A DNA stretch of 64,000 bases from the IMG/VR virus record IMGVR_UViG_3300024257_000005, positions 32,001 through 96,000 of that record. The stretch is one strand, 5' to 3'. The translations under genes were made by a program, and so were the position numbers. Below are positions 9,762-20,148 of the stretch, in pieces (the first letter of the stretch is position 1; every line of letters begins with the position of its first letter). The DNA comes from a virus. Under the pieces are notes generated by a model that saw only the letters and a list, made by a program, of their open reading frames with translations, did not search any database and was not told the origin of the DNA.

Positions 9762-11108
9762 ATGACTGACGTAGCAAAAAAGACTGAAACAAAAAAGAAA
9801 AAATTACTAGTTCTATCAGACGACATTCGTGTCCCATCAGGTGTGGGCACAATGACAAGACGAATCGTCTTAGACTTAAAGAAAGACTTTGATATAATCC
9901 AGCTTGGTGGAGCAATAGATCATCCGAATCCTCAACCTGTATTAGTAGATGGAATAAAAGTAATCCCAGTAAAAGGGTATGGCGATTCTCATATCGTTAG
10001 AAATTTAATCACAGTGGAACAACCAGACTATATGTTGATCTTTACAGATCCAAGGTACTGAATTTGGTTATGGCAGATCGAAGATGAAATCAGATCTATG
10101 GTTCCCTTAATGTATTATCATCTATGGGATGACTATCCTGCACCACAATATAATAGAGATTTTTATCTATCGAATGACTGGATGGGTTGTATCAGTAAAA
10201 TTTCAAAAGCAATGGTAGAGGAAGTGGCACCAGAATTTAAAGAGAATCCATGGCGCATAGACTATATTCCTCATGGCACTCCTCACGATGAATTTAAACA
10301 GGTTGACAAATCGTCTGTTGAATATCAGAAGTTCATACGTGAATACTACAAGGGTGAATATGAAAAGTATGATTTTATAATTTTTTATAACAATCGTAAT
10401 GTAAGAAGAAAAATGATGGGTGATGTTATGAATGCCTATGATGAATTCCTCAGTACACTACCACAGGAAAAGCAAGACAAATGTTTGCTATTAATGCACA
10501 CTCATGTTTCCGACGACAATGGAACAAATCTTGCAGCACTGAAAAACGACTTATATCCAAACCACAATATTCTATTTAGTGAAGCTAAAGTTCATACAAA
10601 CATTTTGAATTTCATCTATAACTCAGTAGATGTCACGATCAATCTTGCCTCAAATGAAGGTTATGGAATGGCAACGGCTGAATCACTTATGGCCGGCACT
10701 CCAATCATTGCCACAATTACAGGTGGAATGCAAGATCAATTAGGCATTCCCTTTGAGAATGATTTTATGTCAGTTGATGAATGGAAAGTATTGCAAGAGA
10801 ATGGTGAGTCATTTTTGACCTCACATCATGCTGTTGGTATTATTCCAAAAACTAGAAGCCTCCAGGGATCACCTCCAACTCCATATATCTATGATGATAG
10901 AATTAGTTGGATTGATGCTGCGCATGCTATTGAATATTGGTACAACAAGACACCAGAAGAGCGTGTTAAAGCAGGCGAATCAGGACGTCAATATTTAATC
11001 GAAAATGGTCACACAGTAACAGAAATGAACAAGCGTTTTAGGGCAGCAATTAAAGACATTGATGAAAATTGGGAACCCATTAAACGTGTAAATGTAATCG
11101 AGTGCTAA
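9762..11108 (+). CDS. GT-B (GT4-like) glycosyltransferase, one gene across in-frame TGA 10059-10061
   Basis: ORFs 9762..10061 and 10098..11108 are in one frame. The join reads FTDPRY[TGA]IWLWQIEDEIRSMVPLMYYHLWDD. EGYGMATAES motif present. Confidence 0.88.
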
Positions 11109-11109
11109 T

Positions 11110-11625
11110 ATGGTTAAGGCAAAAACAATAAGAAGCAGAACGGATAAGGGTAGAAAAGCAAGAGCCAAGAAGATCAAGACGCTATTGGTCACGGTTCAGA
11201 AGTTTAAAGCGTTCAATGGATATCGCATGGTGTTTATGTACAATGCTAACTCGCAAGAGGGAACTGGAAAATATAGGGTTGAATTTAGATCTTCTCCTGC
11301 CGAACCTATCAATGTTGACAATTGGCTAAAATTTGCATCAGGCGATATACCTGTATTTGCAAATTGTTCATGTCCAGATTTCAAATATAGATGAGAAACG
11401 GTTCTTCATAAGAAGGGCATGGCAAGAATAAAAACCAGTAATGGCGATATGCCGGATGTAACTAATCCGACATATAGAGCATCATATTGTAAACATATAA
11501 TTGCATGTTTTGATCAAATGCAAGCATACATCAGAAGAAGAAACTTTGATGACATTGGTGAGAGATCCAGACTCAACAAGCATCCAGATCTTGAAAAGAA
11601 AGTATTCGATAATGACGGAAAATAA
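11110..11625 (+). CDS. SWIM-type zinc-finger protein across in-frame TGA 11392-11394
   Basis: The CSCPDFKYR[TGA]ETVL...YCKH motif is split between two same-frame ORFs. Confidence 0.82.
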
Positions 11626-12094
11626 AGAAAAAGAACGCGAAGGTTTTCTTCCTCAAGAAGGCGAGATGGATCCAGATGTTGTACGGTTCTTAAATGAATT
11701 TGCTATGACCTTGGACAATTCATTTAAAGAAAAAGATGAGCAGAATTTCGCCTACGCTGACTCAACTGATAAGAAGAACTATCCTTTTGTGTATACGAAA
11801 AACTATGTGCTAACATACACAAATAAGCTCAAAGCATTCTCTGTATTTATTGTAATCACAGCTGATTCAAGAAGTGTGGCTGCCGATATTAAGAGATTGG
11901 AAAAATTCGCCCAAGCAAATGGAAGTTTTGAATTCAATATTGCTAAAGAATATGCTCTTGTTGATGTAAAAAATCAGCGTGTTCTATGGGGAGAAGCAGC
12001 TGAAAATAAGTACGGAGAGATAAGACTTCAAAGCATCATCAATGAATATAAATTAATAGATAGCATGAAAACCGGACAATATGGCGATGCTTAA
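11612..12094 (+). CDS. Hypothetical protein
   Basis: ORF track; probable start MTENK. Confidence 0.55.
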   Translation: MTENKEKEREGFLPQEGEMDPDVVRFLNEFAMTLDNSFKEKDEQNFAYADSTDKKNYPFVYTKNYVLTYTNKLKAFSVFIVITADSRSVAADIKRLEKFAQANGSFEFNIAKEYALVDVKNQRVLWGEAAENKYGEIRLQSIINEYKLIDSMKTGQYGDA

Positions 12095-12150
12095 TTATTT
12101 TATTATATATTTATATAAATAAGTAGATAAATAAATATCAGGAGAATAAA

Positions 12151-12372
12151 ATGGTAACAACAATAACACCAGCAAGACAATTAGTAGATAATTTTAGAGC
12201 AGGACATGCAGATCACAAGCTGAGTATGAACGAGTTTGTCTCACGTGCATTGGTATTATATATGCTAGACAAGGATTTCAAAGTAATGATAGATGATAAG
12301 ATCTTTGATTATGGTAGAACCCTGAATATGTATAAACAACAGGCTTCTAACGAAAACAATCTGAACCAGTAG
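12151..12372 (+). CDS. Small putative DNA-binding protein
   Basis: Follows the late-type motif and an AGGAG RBS; like 9552, it precedes a glycosyltransferase. Confidence 0.55.
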   Translation: MVTTITPARQLVDNFRAGHADHKLSMNEFVSRALVLYMLDKDFKVMIDDKIFDYGRTLNMYKQQASNENNLNQ

Positions 12373-12380
12373 GAGTAAAC

Positions 12381-13727
12381 ATGCAAAAACAAACAATGGT
12401 CGTCATGGCACCTTACACCACAGTGAGTGGGTACGGAGCACATAGTCGAGACATCATACAGGCATTAATTGAAGCTGACAAGTACAATCTATATTTGGTT
12501 CCAATGAACTGGGGAAATACACCTCAGAATGCTTTGAAAGAAAGTAATCCTGTACATAAGAAAATGCTTGATCTGACATTGGATAAGCAATTCGAAGGCA
12601 AGCCAGACTTCTTTGTACACATCTCAATCCCACTAGAGTTTAGACCCTTTGGCAAAAGAAATATTGGCATCACAGCCGGTATGGAAACCGATCGTGTTGC
12701 TCAAGAGTGGATTGAAAAAGCAAATGCAATGGACGTAATGATAGTTCCATCAGAGCACTCAAAGATTGCTCATTCGGAAACCGTTATTCCAATCCAACCA
12801 CGACCAGACATGCCACCAATCGGAGAATTCAGAAGTCAGAAGCCTATTGAAGTATTGTTTGAAGGTGTAGATCTAAGCATCTATAAAGATCTTGGATATA
12901 AATCTGATTTGCCCCATAGACAGGGATCGCCAGAGCTACAACCAATATTTGACATGCCTGAAGAATTTGCATTTCTATATACAGGTCATTGGATGCAAGG
13001 CGGATTTAGAGAAGGTAGAAAAGATGCTGATGGATTGATCTACAATTTCATCAATACATTTAACTACAAAAAGGGAGAGGTTGCTCTCGTACTGAAAACA
13101 ACCATGGGTAATTTTTCAAGGCTAGATAGAAGTGCACTTGAAAAAGAAATTTCTCGAATCAGAGACATGTTCCCCGATAGAGATTCTCAGCCAAATATTT
13201 ATCTTGTTCACGGTAGTCTAACAGATGCTGAAATGAATGAGCTATATAATATTCCAAAGATCAAAGCTATGGTTTCATTAACACATGGTGAAGGCTATGG
13301 AAGACCTCTGGCAGAGTTTGCCGCTGCAACTGGAAAACCAGTTTTAGCTCCATTCTGGTCAGGTCAAGTTGACTTCTTGTTTGAAGGAACCAATGAACTA
13401 TTGTTTGATTACGATTTAGCAAAAGTTCCACCTTCAGCCGTATGGGATAAAGTGATCGTTGAGGGCTCACAATGGGCAAATGTAAAAGATACCGATGTAG
13501 TTCAGAAGCTGACAAAATGTTTTTATAAATATGATGACATGCTTGTATATTCTAAGAAAGTACAGGATCATATTGTCAAATATAAAAATCTTGATCTCAT
13601 GAAGACGCAGCTAATTTCTATCATCGATAGATATGCACCACCACTTGAGTCAAATGTTGTTCTACCAGAATTAACAAAGGGTGGCTCATTGGACTTAAGC
13701 AAACTAAAAGGATTTAAAAAGCAGTAG
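12381..13727 (+). CDS. GT-B (GT4-like) glycosyltransferase
   Basis: SGYGAHSRD, RKDADGL and HGEGYGRPLAE motifs. Confidence 0.88.
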   Translation: MQKQTMVVMAPYTTVSGYGAHSRDIIQALIEADKYNLYLVPMNWGNTPQNALKESNPVHKKMLDLTLDKQFEGKPDFFVHISIPLEFRPFGKRNIGITAGMETDRVAQEWIEKANAMDVMIVPSEHSKIAHSETVIPIQPRPDMPPIGEFRSQKPIEVLFEGVDLSIYKDLGYKSDLPHRQGSPELQPIFDMPEEFAFLYTGHWMQGGFREGRKDADGLIYNFINTFNYKKGEVALVLKTTMGNFSRLDRSALEKEISRIRDMFPDRDSQPNIYLVHGSLTDAEMNELYNIPKIKAMVSLTHGEGYGRPLAEFAAATGKPVLAPFWSGQVDFLFEGTNELLFDYDLAKVPPSAVWDKVIVEGSQWANVKDTDVVQKLTKCFYKYDDMLVYSKKVQDHIVKYKNLDLMKTQLISIIDRYAPPLESNVVLPELTKGGSLDLSKLKGFKKQ

Positions 13728-13735
13728 GAGGCACT

Positions 13736-14239
13736 ATGCTACATACAATATCAATCAAAAAAGATAAATTAATCGAGACCCTGACGGTAAATCGTGAAGT
13801 TCATATAGAAGAATACAAACAAGCTGTTCTGGATTATCACGTCATTGCAAAATATGCTATGGATCAGATGGCAAAAGCTGCTCAAAAAACGGCACTCGCA
13901 TATAAGAAACGAGCAAAAACAATCGAGTCATCTGACGATATGGATGATTGGAATGTTGGTCAAATATACATCAATACTCAAGCACTGACAAATCTTCAAC
14001 TACCACAATCTCATGAGAGTGATTATGACGAAGCAATTGAGATGCTAGAGTTTCACACAATTACCGATGAAGACGACAAAGATACAATCGCTCTTTCACA
14101 AGAGGATTTCAGAACATTCGTTAGAGATGACTGGGCATGGAAAGCACAGTTTTCTAACATGAGTACAATGTACTTTTCTGGTTCTTCAAACATAGGACTC
14201 GGAAATTCTAATCCATTAGAAAAGCTCCACGTAGGTTAA
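13736..14239 (+). CDS. Conserved phage hypothetical protein
   Basis: GGAGG RBS; PQSHESDYDEAIEMLE..LSQEDFRTFVRDDWAW. Confidence 0.65.
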   Translation: MLHTISIKKDKLIETLTVNREVHIEEYKQAVLDYHVIAKYAMDQMAKAAQKTALAYKKRAKTIESSDDMDDWNVGQIYINTQALTNLQLPQSHESDYDEAIEMLEFHTITDEDDKDTIALSQEDFRTFVRDDWAWKAQFSNMSTMYFSGSSNIGLGNSNPLEKLHVG

Positions 14240-14243
14240 TATC

Positions 14244-14516
14244 ATGGAGATGACAATTGCACCAGAGTTTGAAAATAAGATAACTTGCTATGATGAGACT
14301 GAAATAATGTTCTCACTCAATGCAGATGGAGAATTGTTTATTGCTGAGAAATATAGAGCAGATCCATCTCCAGCTTCAAAACGATTTTGAGAATGTATGA
14401 AGGTAAACGGCAAAGAGTGGGCAGACTGTTTTGATGAAAATGAGGCTCTTACAGAAGAAGTGAGTAGCCTTAAGGGCATCATTGAAGGAATGGAAGAAAA
14501 ATATCTAGGAAAATAA
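14244..14516 (+). CDS. Hypothetical protein (90 aa) across in-frame TGA 14388-14390; absent from ORF track
   Basis: Fills the gap between flanking genes exactly; reads ASKRF[TGA]ECMKV. Confidence 0.7.
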
Positions 14517-14517
14517 T

Positions 14518-15036
14518 ATGCAAGGACAAAACTATGAGACCGGCTGCCTTATGCTGGATTTCAAAATAACAAATTGGACATCTATTATCAATAGAGTAAT
14601 TAAGCCTGAGGATGTATATCATCACGAAGATTATGGAATTGAAATGCATCCTCATGCAACAATCATCTACGGATTACCAGATATCCCATGGACAAAGTTG
14701 GCACTATATTGCTATCCCATGAAAATTGTGACGGTGATTATTAATCGTGTTGACATATTTGAGCCTGAAGGTGAGAATTATGATGTAGTTATATTTCCAG
14801 TTGCAAGCAAGGCACTCAAAATGATCAACTACAAGATAGCTGAAAATTTTGGTATCGATCAAACCCATGAAAAATATAGCCCTCACATTACACTTGCATA
14901 TGTGAAAAAAGGTCGAGGTAAGAGCTATGTGAAAAAGCTTGCCAATGAAATTAAATTAAGTCCAAAGGAATACAGATTAACAGGACCAGACGGTCTATTG
15001 AAGACTTGGACAATGCAAGATAAGAAGGAAAAGTAA
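14518..15036 (+). CDS. 2H phosphoesterase (Acb1/T4 57B-like)
   Basis: Two HxT motifs: PHATIIYG and SPHITLAY. Confidence 0.8.
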   Translation: MQGQNYETGCLMLDFKITNWTSIINRVIKPEDVYHHEDYGIEMHPHATIIYGLPDIPWTKLALYCYPMKIVTVIINRVDIFEPEGENYDVVIFPVASKALKMINYKIAENFGIDQTHEKYSPHITLAYVKKGRGKSYVKKLANEIKLSPKEYRLTGPDGLLKTWTMQDKKEK

Positions 15037-15689
15037 TGGAAAACATAATGCAAGATATATTTCTATCATTCAATATGATGGTACAGGACAACGAAGATAT
15101 CATAACGCCAACACTTGAAAGCATCAAGCGATTTATGGATCATCACCCAGGCAAATGCGAATTAGTAATTGTTGACGGTGGTTCAACCGACAAGACGGTA
15201 GAAATATGCAACCGTTTTACAGATCGAGTGCATGAAAAGAAATTTGAAAAGGATTTTTCAGAGCAGAAGAATTTTCTCAATTCAAAATCAATGGGTAGAT
15301 GGATATTCAATATAGACTCAGATGAGATATTGACTGAAGAATTAATCCATACACTATATGCAATGCTCATGCTCCCACAAAATCAAGAAACTGATTTGAT
15401 TTATATTCCTAGAGTAAATAGAGTAGTGGGTCTTACTGAAGGTCATATTGCTAAATGGGGATGGAGAGTTGACAAAGACGGTGACATCAATTACCCAGAT
15501 TATCAAGCAAGAATTTATAAGAACAAACCAGGGCTACATTGGGAAGGCAAGGTTCATGAGACCATAGTAGGTTTTGAATCATATGGCAGCATTCCAATGG
15601 AAAAACACCATCGTCTATATTTGGTACACAATAAAAGTATTGAAAGACAAGTGAAACAAAATGAGTTATATGACACGATTGTGAGGTAA
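15036..15689 (+). CDS. GT-A (GT2) glycosyltransferase
   Basis: VDGGSTDKT, IDSDE and WEGKVHE motifs. Confidence 0.9.
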   Translation: MENIMQDIFLSFNMMVQDNEDIITPTLESIKRFMDHHPGKCELVIVDGGSTDKTVEICNRFTDRVHEKKFEKDFSEQKNFLNSKSMGRWIFNIDSDEILTEELIHTLYAMLMLPQNQETDLIYIPRVNRVVGLTEGHIAKWGWRVDKDGDINYPDYQARIYKNKPGLHWEGKVHETIVGFESYGSIPMEKHHRLYLVHNKSIERQVKQNELYDTIVR

Positions 15690-15691
15690 CA

Positions 15692-16666
15692 GTGAAAATT
15701 GCATTCCTTTCGGAAACGAAGTTAAATGGAAAATATCCGGAAAACTTTTCAAATTCAAGAACAGACGTTGCTTGGCAAACCGCTTTAGGAGCAACACATT
15801 ATTGCATAACCGATCAAAAATTTCTTGGAAAAGAGATTGATATCGCAATAGTAATTCTACCAAAAAACTCAAATACTCTACAAAAAATCGACTCAACAAT
15901 GTTCGACTATTTCCAACAGAGTGGAACCAAAGTCGGAGTAATGCAAGAGGGTCCAAACTGGTATTTTCAAGACTATTCAGCAGAAGATAATCTGCTATAC
16001 TATAAATATTTATTACAGGCGGATTTTATTTTATGTCATAATGAGGTTGATCATGTATATTTTAAAGGGCTGGTCGGGCATAACAATGTTCATATTATGC
16101 CATCAACAATGAGAGATCCCGGTATCAAATCAATTATGCAGATCGAAAGAAAAGAAGAAGTTATGATTGGCGGAGGATTTACAAGTTGGTACGGAGGATT
16201 TGATTCTTTCGTTGTAGCACAGAGAGCCGAGATAACTCCTGTAATGCCTTCAATGGGTAGGCGTCAGGAAAATGAAGAGCTTTGGGGGATAAATCATCTC
16301 CCTTATATGGACTGGACACAATGGATCATGGAGCTCAATCATTACAAATATGCAATACACCTGATGAGAACTTTTGCAGCTGGTACATTTGCTATGAATT
16401 GTGCAGCACTTGGAGTTCCATGTATTGGATATAAAGATCTTGATACTCAAAGAAATCTACATCCAGCACTGTCTATTGACATTGGAGATCTTGGTAAGGC
16501 TGCAAAGCTATTAAAACAGTTAAAAACTGACAAAGGTTTCTATGATGAATGTAGTAGATTAGCAAAGGTAAATTTTATCAATTCAAACTATAATGAACCA
16601 AATTATAGAAATTATATGACTAGATTATTTTATGAGATATTGGAGGAAGAAGATGGAACAATATAG
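15692..16666 (+). CDS. Putative GT-B glycosyltransferase
   Basis: AAGTFAMNCAALGVPCIG C-terminal motif; located in the glycosylation cluster. Confidence 0.65.
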   Translation: MKIAFLSETKLNGKYPENFSNSRTDVAWQTALGATHYCITDQKFLGKEIDIAIVILPKNSNTLQKIDSTMFDYFQQSGTKVGVMQEGPNWYFQDYSAEDNLLYYKYLLQADFILCHNEVDHVYFKGLVGHNNVHIMPSTMRDPGIKSIMQIERKEEVMIGGGFTSWYGGFDSFVVAQRAEITPVMPSMGRRQENEELWGINHLPYMDWTQWIMELNHYKYAIHLMRTFAAGTFAMNCAALGVPCIGYKDLDTQRNLHPALSIDIGDLGKAAKLLKQLKTDKGFYDECSRLAKVNFINSNYNEPNYRNYMTRLFYEILEEEDGTI

Positions 16667-16886
16667 AGAAACAACATTTAATTCATGAATCGAATATAAA
16701 TTATTTATGGAATCAATATCTGTAGGAACTATTGAAAGCGAACAATTATACCATGGACCATTCCCAGATAAAAAAGGTGTCTATATTGTTCCAGCAACAT
16801 GTAGTGCATATTTTGCTGAATTTGATGGTGAAAAATGGATTGACTCTAGTACAAATAGACCTATAGGATTTTATTATAAAGGATAA
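16653..16886 (+). CDS. Hypothetical protein (77 aa) across in-frame TGA 16686-16688; absent from ORF track
   Basis: GGAGG RBS; MEQYRETTFNS[TGA]IEYKLF; fills the intergenic gap. Confidence 0.62.
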
Positions 16887-16890
16887 CACA

Positions 16891-17346
16891 ATGGTAACAG
16901 GATCATTCTCAATTCCAAAAGAAGAAGACATTTGTTGGATCTGTAAACAAGTCGAATGTAAGCATTTGAAAACTACGCCTTCTTATATTAATGAATATTT
17001 CACGGCTTATGATCTCATTGATAAGTGGGAAAGCAAATATGCAGAAGATGTCCCATATGAACTTAAGGTTAGTATAGCAATGCATTTTGAGAATGAAGAT
17101 CAAAAGAGACGTCTATATATTAAGCGTCTACTTGGCGCTATGGAATTCAAATTTTATCAGCAACCTTCGTTTGTTTATGCACCCTATATTCCAATAACGC
17201 CGATGAAAAAATATAAGCCAGAGGATAGATTTGTTATTTGGGATCCATCATGGCAAGACTTCCCTAGATTCTTTGATGTAGGAAGTGAAAAATTGAATAA
17301 AATGATTGTTAGAAGCATAACTAGAAAAAAAAGATGGAGTAAATAA
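16891..17346 (+). CDS. Hypothetical protein with gp23-capsid-like motifs
   Basis: LIDKWE..SIAMHFENE and FVYAPYIP. Confidence 0.5.
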   Translation: MVTGSFSIPKEEDICWICKQVECKHLKTTPSYINEYFTAYDLIDKWESKYAEDVPYELKVSIAMHFENEDQKRRLYIKRLLGAMEFKFYQQPSFVYAPYIPITPMKKYKPEDRFVIWDPSWQDFPRFFDVGSEKLNKMIVRSITRKKRWSK

Positions 17347-17585
17347 TGGAATTAAAAGTAGTTCACTTCGATCCCAAATCAGATACTGTGCTAGGAATCT
17401 ATATTGACGATCAGTTGATCGAAGGTGGAGATGAATATCATAATAATATTACAGTCTGGCTCAAGGCATTTTTGAGAGGAATCTCTGTAACAGGGAAGAG
17501 CTATACAGTAAATAATTTATATACAAAGAAATTTCAAATGCCTGTAGACTATTTCTCAAGCATTGATTTCGAAAGCGAAGGATAG
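17346..17585 (+). CDS. Hypothetical protein
   Basis: TAATG coupling. Confidence 0.55.
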   Translation: MELKVVHFDPKSDTVLGIYIDDQLIEGGDEYHNNITVWLKAFLRGISVTGKSYTVNNLYTKKFQMPVDYFSSIDFESEG

Positions 17586-17589
17586 TAAT

Positions 17590-17916
17590 ATGGAAAACTA
17601 TACACGAGTAATGAAAGCGATTATTAAAGCGCAGATTGAAGACATGGAATTTGAAGAACGAGTGGACTGGTATGAGATCATCATAAAGACATTTGAAATA
17701 GAAGGATGGTCTGAAGCGACCCATGTTCTTGGATGTGATGGAGCATATGACGAAGCAATGGTTCAAGTACACCCAGAAATATTTGAAGATACTATTGATT
17801 TGTCAGTATGTCCCTGTGGTTGCAATGGTGATCTACTTGAAATTGACATCACTTTAGCAGTTTATCGTCCAGCCGAATGTATTACACTAAACTATACTAT
17901 TGAATCACTTGTCTAA
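17590..17916 (+). CDS. Hypothetical protein
   Basis: ORF track; probable start MENY. Confidence 0.5.
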   Translation: MENYTRVMKAIIKAQIEDMEFEERVDWYEIIIKTFEIEGWSEATHVLGCDGAYDEAMVQVHPEIFEDTIDLSVCPCGCNGDLLEIDITLAVYRPAECITLNYTIESLV

Positions 17917-18757
17917 ACAAATTTTAGTCACCGGTGGTGCTGGCTTTATTGGCTCGCATCTTATCCATGCTCTTGTCAGGCCTTGGAATAGTGTTTGGTC
18001 GATCGACAACTATACAACAGGCAATATGAGAAATGAAGTCGAAGGCTGTGAATATTTAGAGAAAGATTTGATCTATGAGTCTACACTCCATGATCATAAA
18101 TTTGATATTATCTATCATCTAGCTGCCAGACCGAGAATACAACCTTCACTATTAGACCCTGAATATACAATGACAAACAATATCATGTCGACACTCAACG
18201 TATTAAAATATGCCAGAAAAACAGGATGTAAAGTTATATTTGCATCATCATCTTCGGTCGGTGGTAATAGATTTGCAAATCCATATACTCTATCAAAGTC
18301 AATGTGTGAAGATTTATGCAGAGAATACCATACGATATACGAGCTTGACATATCTATAGCAAGATTTTATAATGTATATGGGCCAAGAATGATTGGAGAT
18401 TCTGAGTTTGGTACGGTTCTTGGAGTTTGGTTAGAGAGATACAAGAAGAGCAAGCCACTAAAGATAACAGGAGACGGAACTCAACGAAGAGATTTTACTC
18501 ATGTTGACGACATTGTTGCAGGACTAATTGAGATGTCTGGAGACGTTCCATATTATAGACCTGTTGAGCTTGGCCGGGGTGAGAACTATTCATTAAATGA
18601 ATTAGTAGATCTATTCCCTAATGCTAAAAAGGAATATGTAGATCGTCCTTCTGGAGAGATGGCACACACGCTATGTAAAGATAGAAATCCATTCTTAGAT
18701 TGGAAACCTCAACGAAATGTAAAAGATTTCATATTAGAATCAATAAAGGAAAGCTAA
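17900..18757 (+). CDS. NAD-dependent nucleotide-sugar epimerase/dehydratase (extended SDR)
   Basis: TGGAGFIG, ASSSS, YTLSK and GDGTQRRDFTHVDD motifs. Confidence 0.93.
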   Translation: MNHLSKQILVTGGAGFIGSHLIHALVRPWNSVWSIDNYTTGNMRNEVEGCEYLEKDLIYESTLHDHKFDIIYHLAARPRIQPSLLDPEYTMTNNIMSTLNVLKYARKTGCKVIFASSSSVGGNRFANPYTLSKSMCEDLCREYHTIYELDISIARFYNVYGPRMIGDSEFGTVLGVWLERYKKSKPLKITGDGTQRRDFTHVDDIVAGLIEMSGDVPYYRPVELGRGENYSLNELVDLFPNAKKEYVDRPSGEMAHTLCKDRNPFLDWKPQRNVKDFILESIKES

Positions 18758-19998
18758 TGAAAAATGTAACGTTTATAATTCCATCAAGGAATACACTAGA
18801 ACATCTCAAATGGGCATACAGTTCTATTAGAGAAAATGCTAATGCTAATCATGAAATAATTCTTCTTGATGATGCATCTGATGATGGCACAGATAAATGG
18901 ATCAAAGAGGTAGCTGCGACTGATGAGAATGTAACTACACATTTCAACCCAGGTCCTGAGCGAATTGGAATCACAAAACTATATGATCTTGCAGCAAAAA
19001 TGGCAAAAAATGAAATCATATTTGTGGGTCATAGCGATATGATTTATGGACCTGCATTTCTAGAAAAAATGATGGATCACTTGGAAGTAGGAAAAGTGGT
19101 TTGCGCAACAAGAATTGAACCACCATTACATCCACCAGGGCCAGAAAAAATGATTGTCAATTTTGGATTTGATGCTGATCAGTTTGAATATCAGAAATTT
19201 AATAAATTTGTAGAAACTCAGCAAGCAAAACCTGAAAATCAAACTGTGTCAGGTGGAATGTTTGCCCCTTGGATGCTCTACAAGGCAGATTATTGGAAAA
19301 TCGGTGGACATGATCATCTATTCTGTCCACAGTCAAGAGAAGATAGTGATCTATTTAATAGATTTGTACTACAGGGCTATGAGCTTATCCAAGCTAGAGA
19401 TGCATTTGTATATCACATGACATGCAGAGGATCCAGATATAAAGATGGGATTGGTAAAGACTCTGAAGAGTGGAAATTTACCAACTACAAAGCCGAGAGG
19501 AACTTCAATAGAAAATGGGGAACATCAATCCTTCATGATCAATATCTTGCTCCTGTAATTGGCAACAAATATGACAAGCATGTTGTTTTAGATTTTACGA
19601 ATGACGAACTGGAATCTCAAGAGCTATATGAAGCATTATCAATAATCGAACCATGGGCAAGTAAAATCACAATCATTACAGAAAACAAAGAATTGATTAA
19701 TGAAACAAATGCATATATCGCCAACGAACAAAAGCTAACTACATACAACATGGAAGAACGCGTTTCTATCCAGCCTGAAATTACAAAAGACTGGGTTGCA
19801 CAAGATGAACATGACATCATATTCATTACTACAATGAAAAATTTCAGAACAGATAACGGAGTTGTAATTGTAGCATTAAACAATGTATTAGAACAAGTAA
19901 CAGAGCCCTCTTCATATTCAATTAGCAATTCATTACTGGTCGTTAAAAAATTAAAGAGAGACCACTTCAAAGAAAATATTGTAGCTGTAAACGATTAA
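18757..19998 (+). CDS. GT-A (GT2) glycosyltransferase
   Basis: LLDDASDDGT, HSDM and REDSDL motifs; start at ATG 18757 (TAATG coupling). Confidence 0.88.
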   Translation: MKNVTFIIPSRNTLEHLKWAYSSIRENANANHEIILLDDASDDGTDKWIKEVAATDENVTTHFNPGPERIGITKLYDLAAKMAKNEIIFVGHSDMIYGPAFLEKMMDHLEVGKVVCATRIEPPLHPPGPEKMIVNFGFDADQFEYQKFNKFVETQQAKPENQTVSGGMFAPWMLYKADYWKIGGHDHLFCPQSREDSDLFNRFVLQGYELIQARDAFVYHMTCRGSRYKDGIGKDSEEWKFTNYKAERNFNRKWGTSILHDQYLAPVIGNKYDKHVVLDFTNDELESQELYEALSIIEPWASKITIITENKELINETNAYIANEQKLTTYNMEERVSIQPEITKDWVAQDEHDIIFITTMKNFRTDNGVVIVALNNVLEQVTEPSSYSISNSLLVVKKLKRDHFKENIVAVND

Positions 19999-20148
19999 CT
20001 TTCTCTGCCAGCTTATATTTATTAATAAGCGGCAGAGGACACACACATACGTGCGGCTTGATTTGAAATAACAAAAAGATTTTCCCAAAAATATTATGTA
20101 TATAGTCCTCGATTACTTTGGGGACTTTTTTATTTTAGGAGAAGTATC

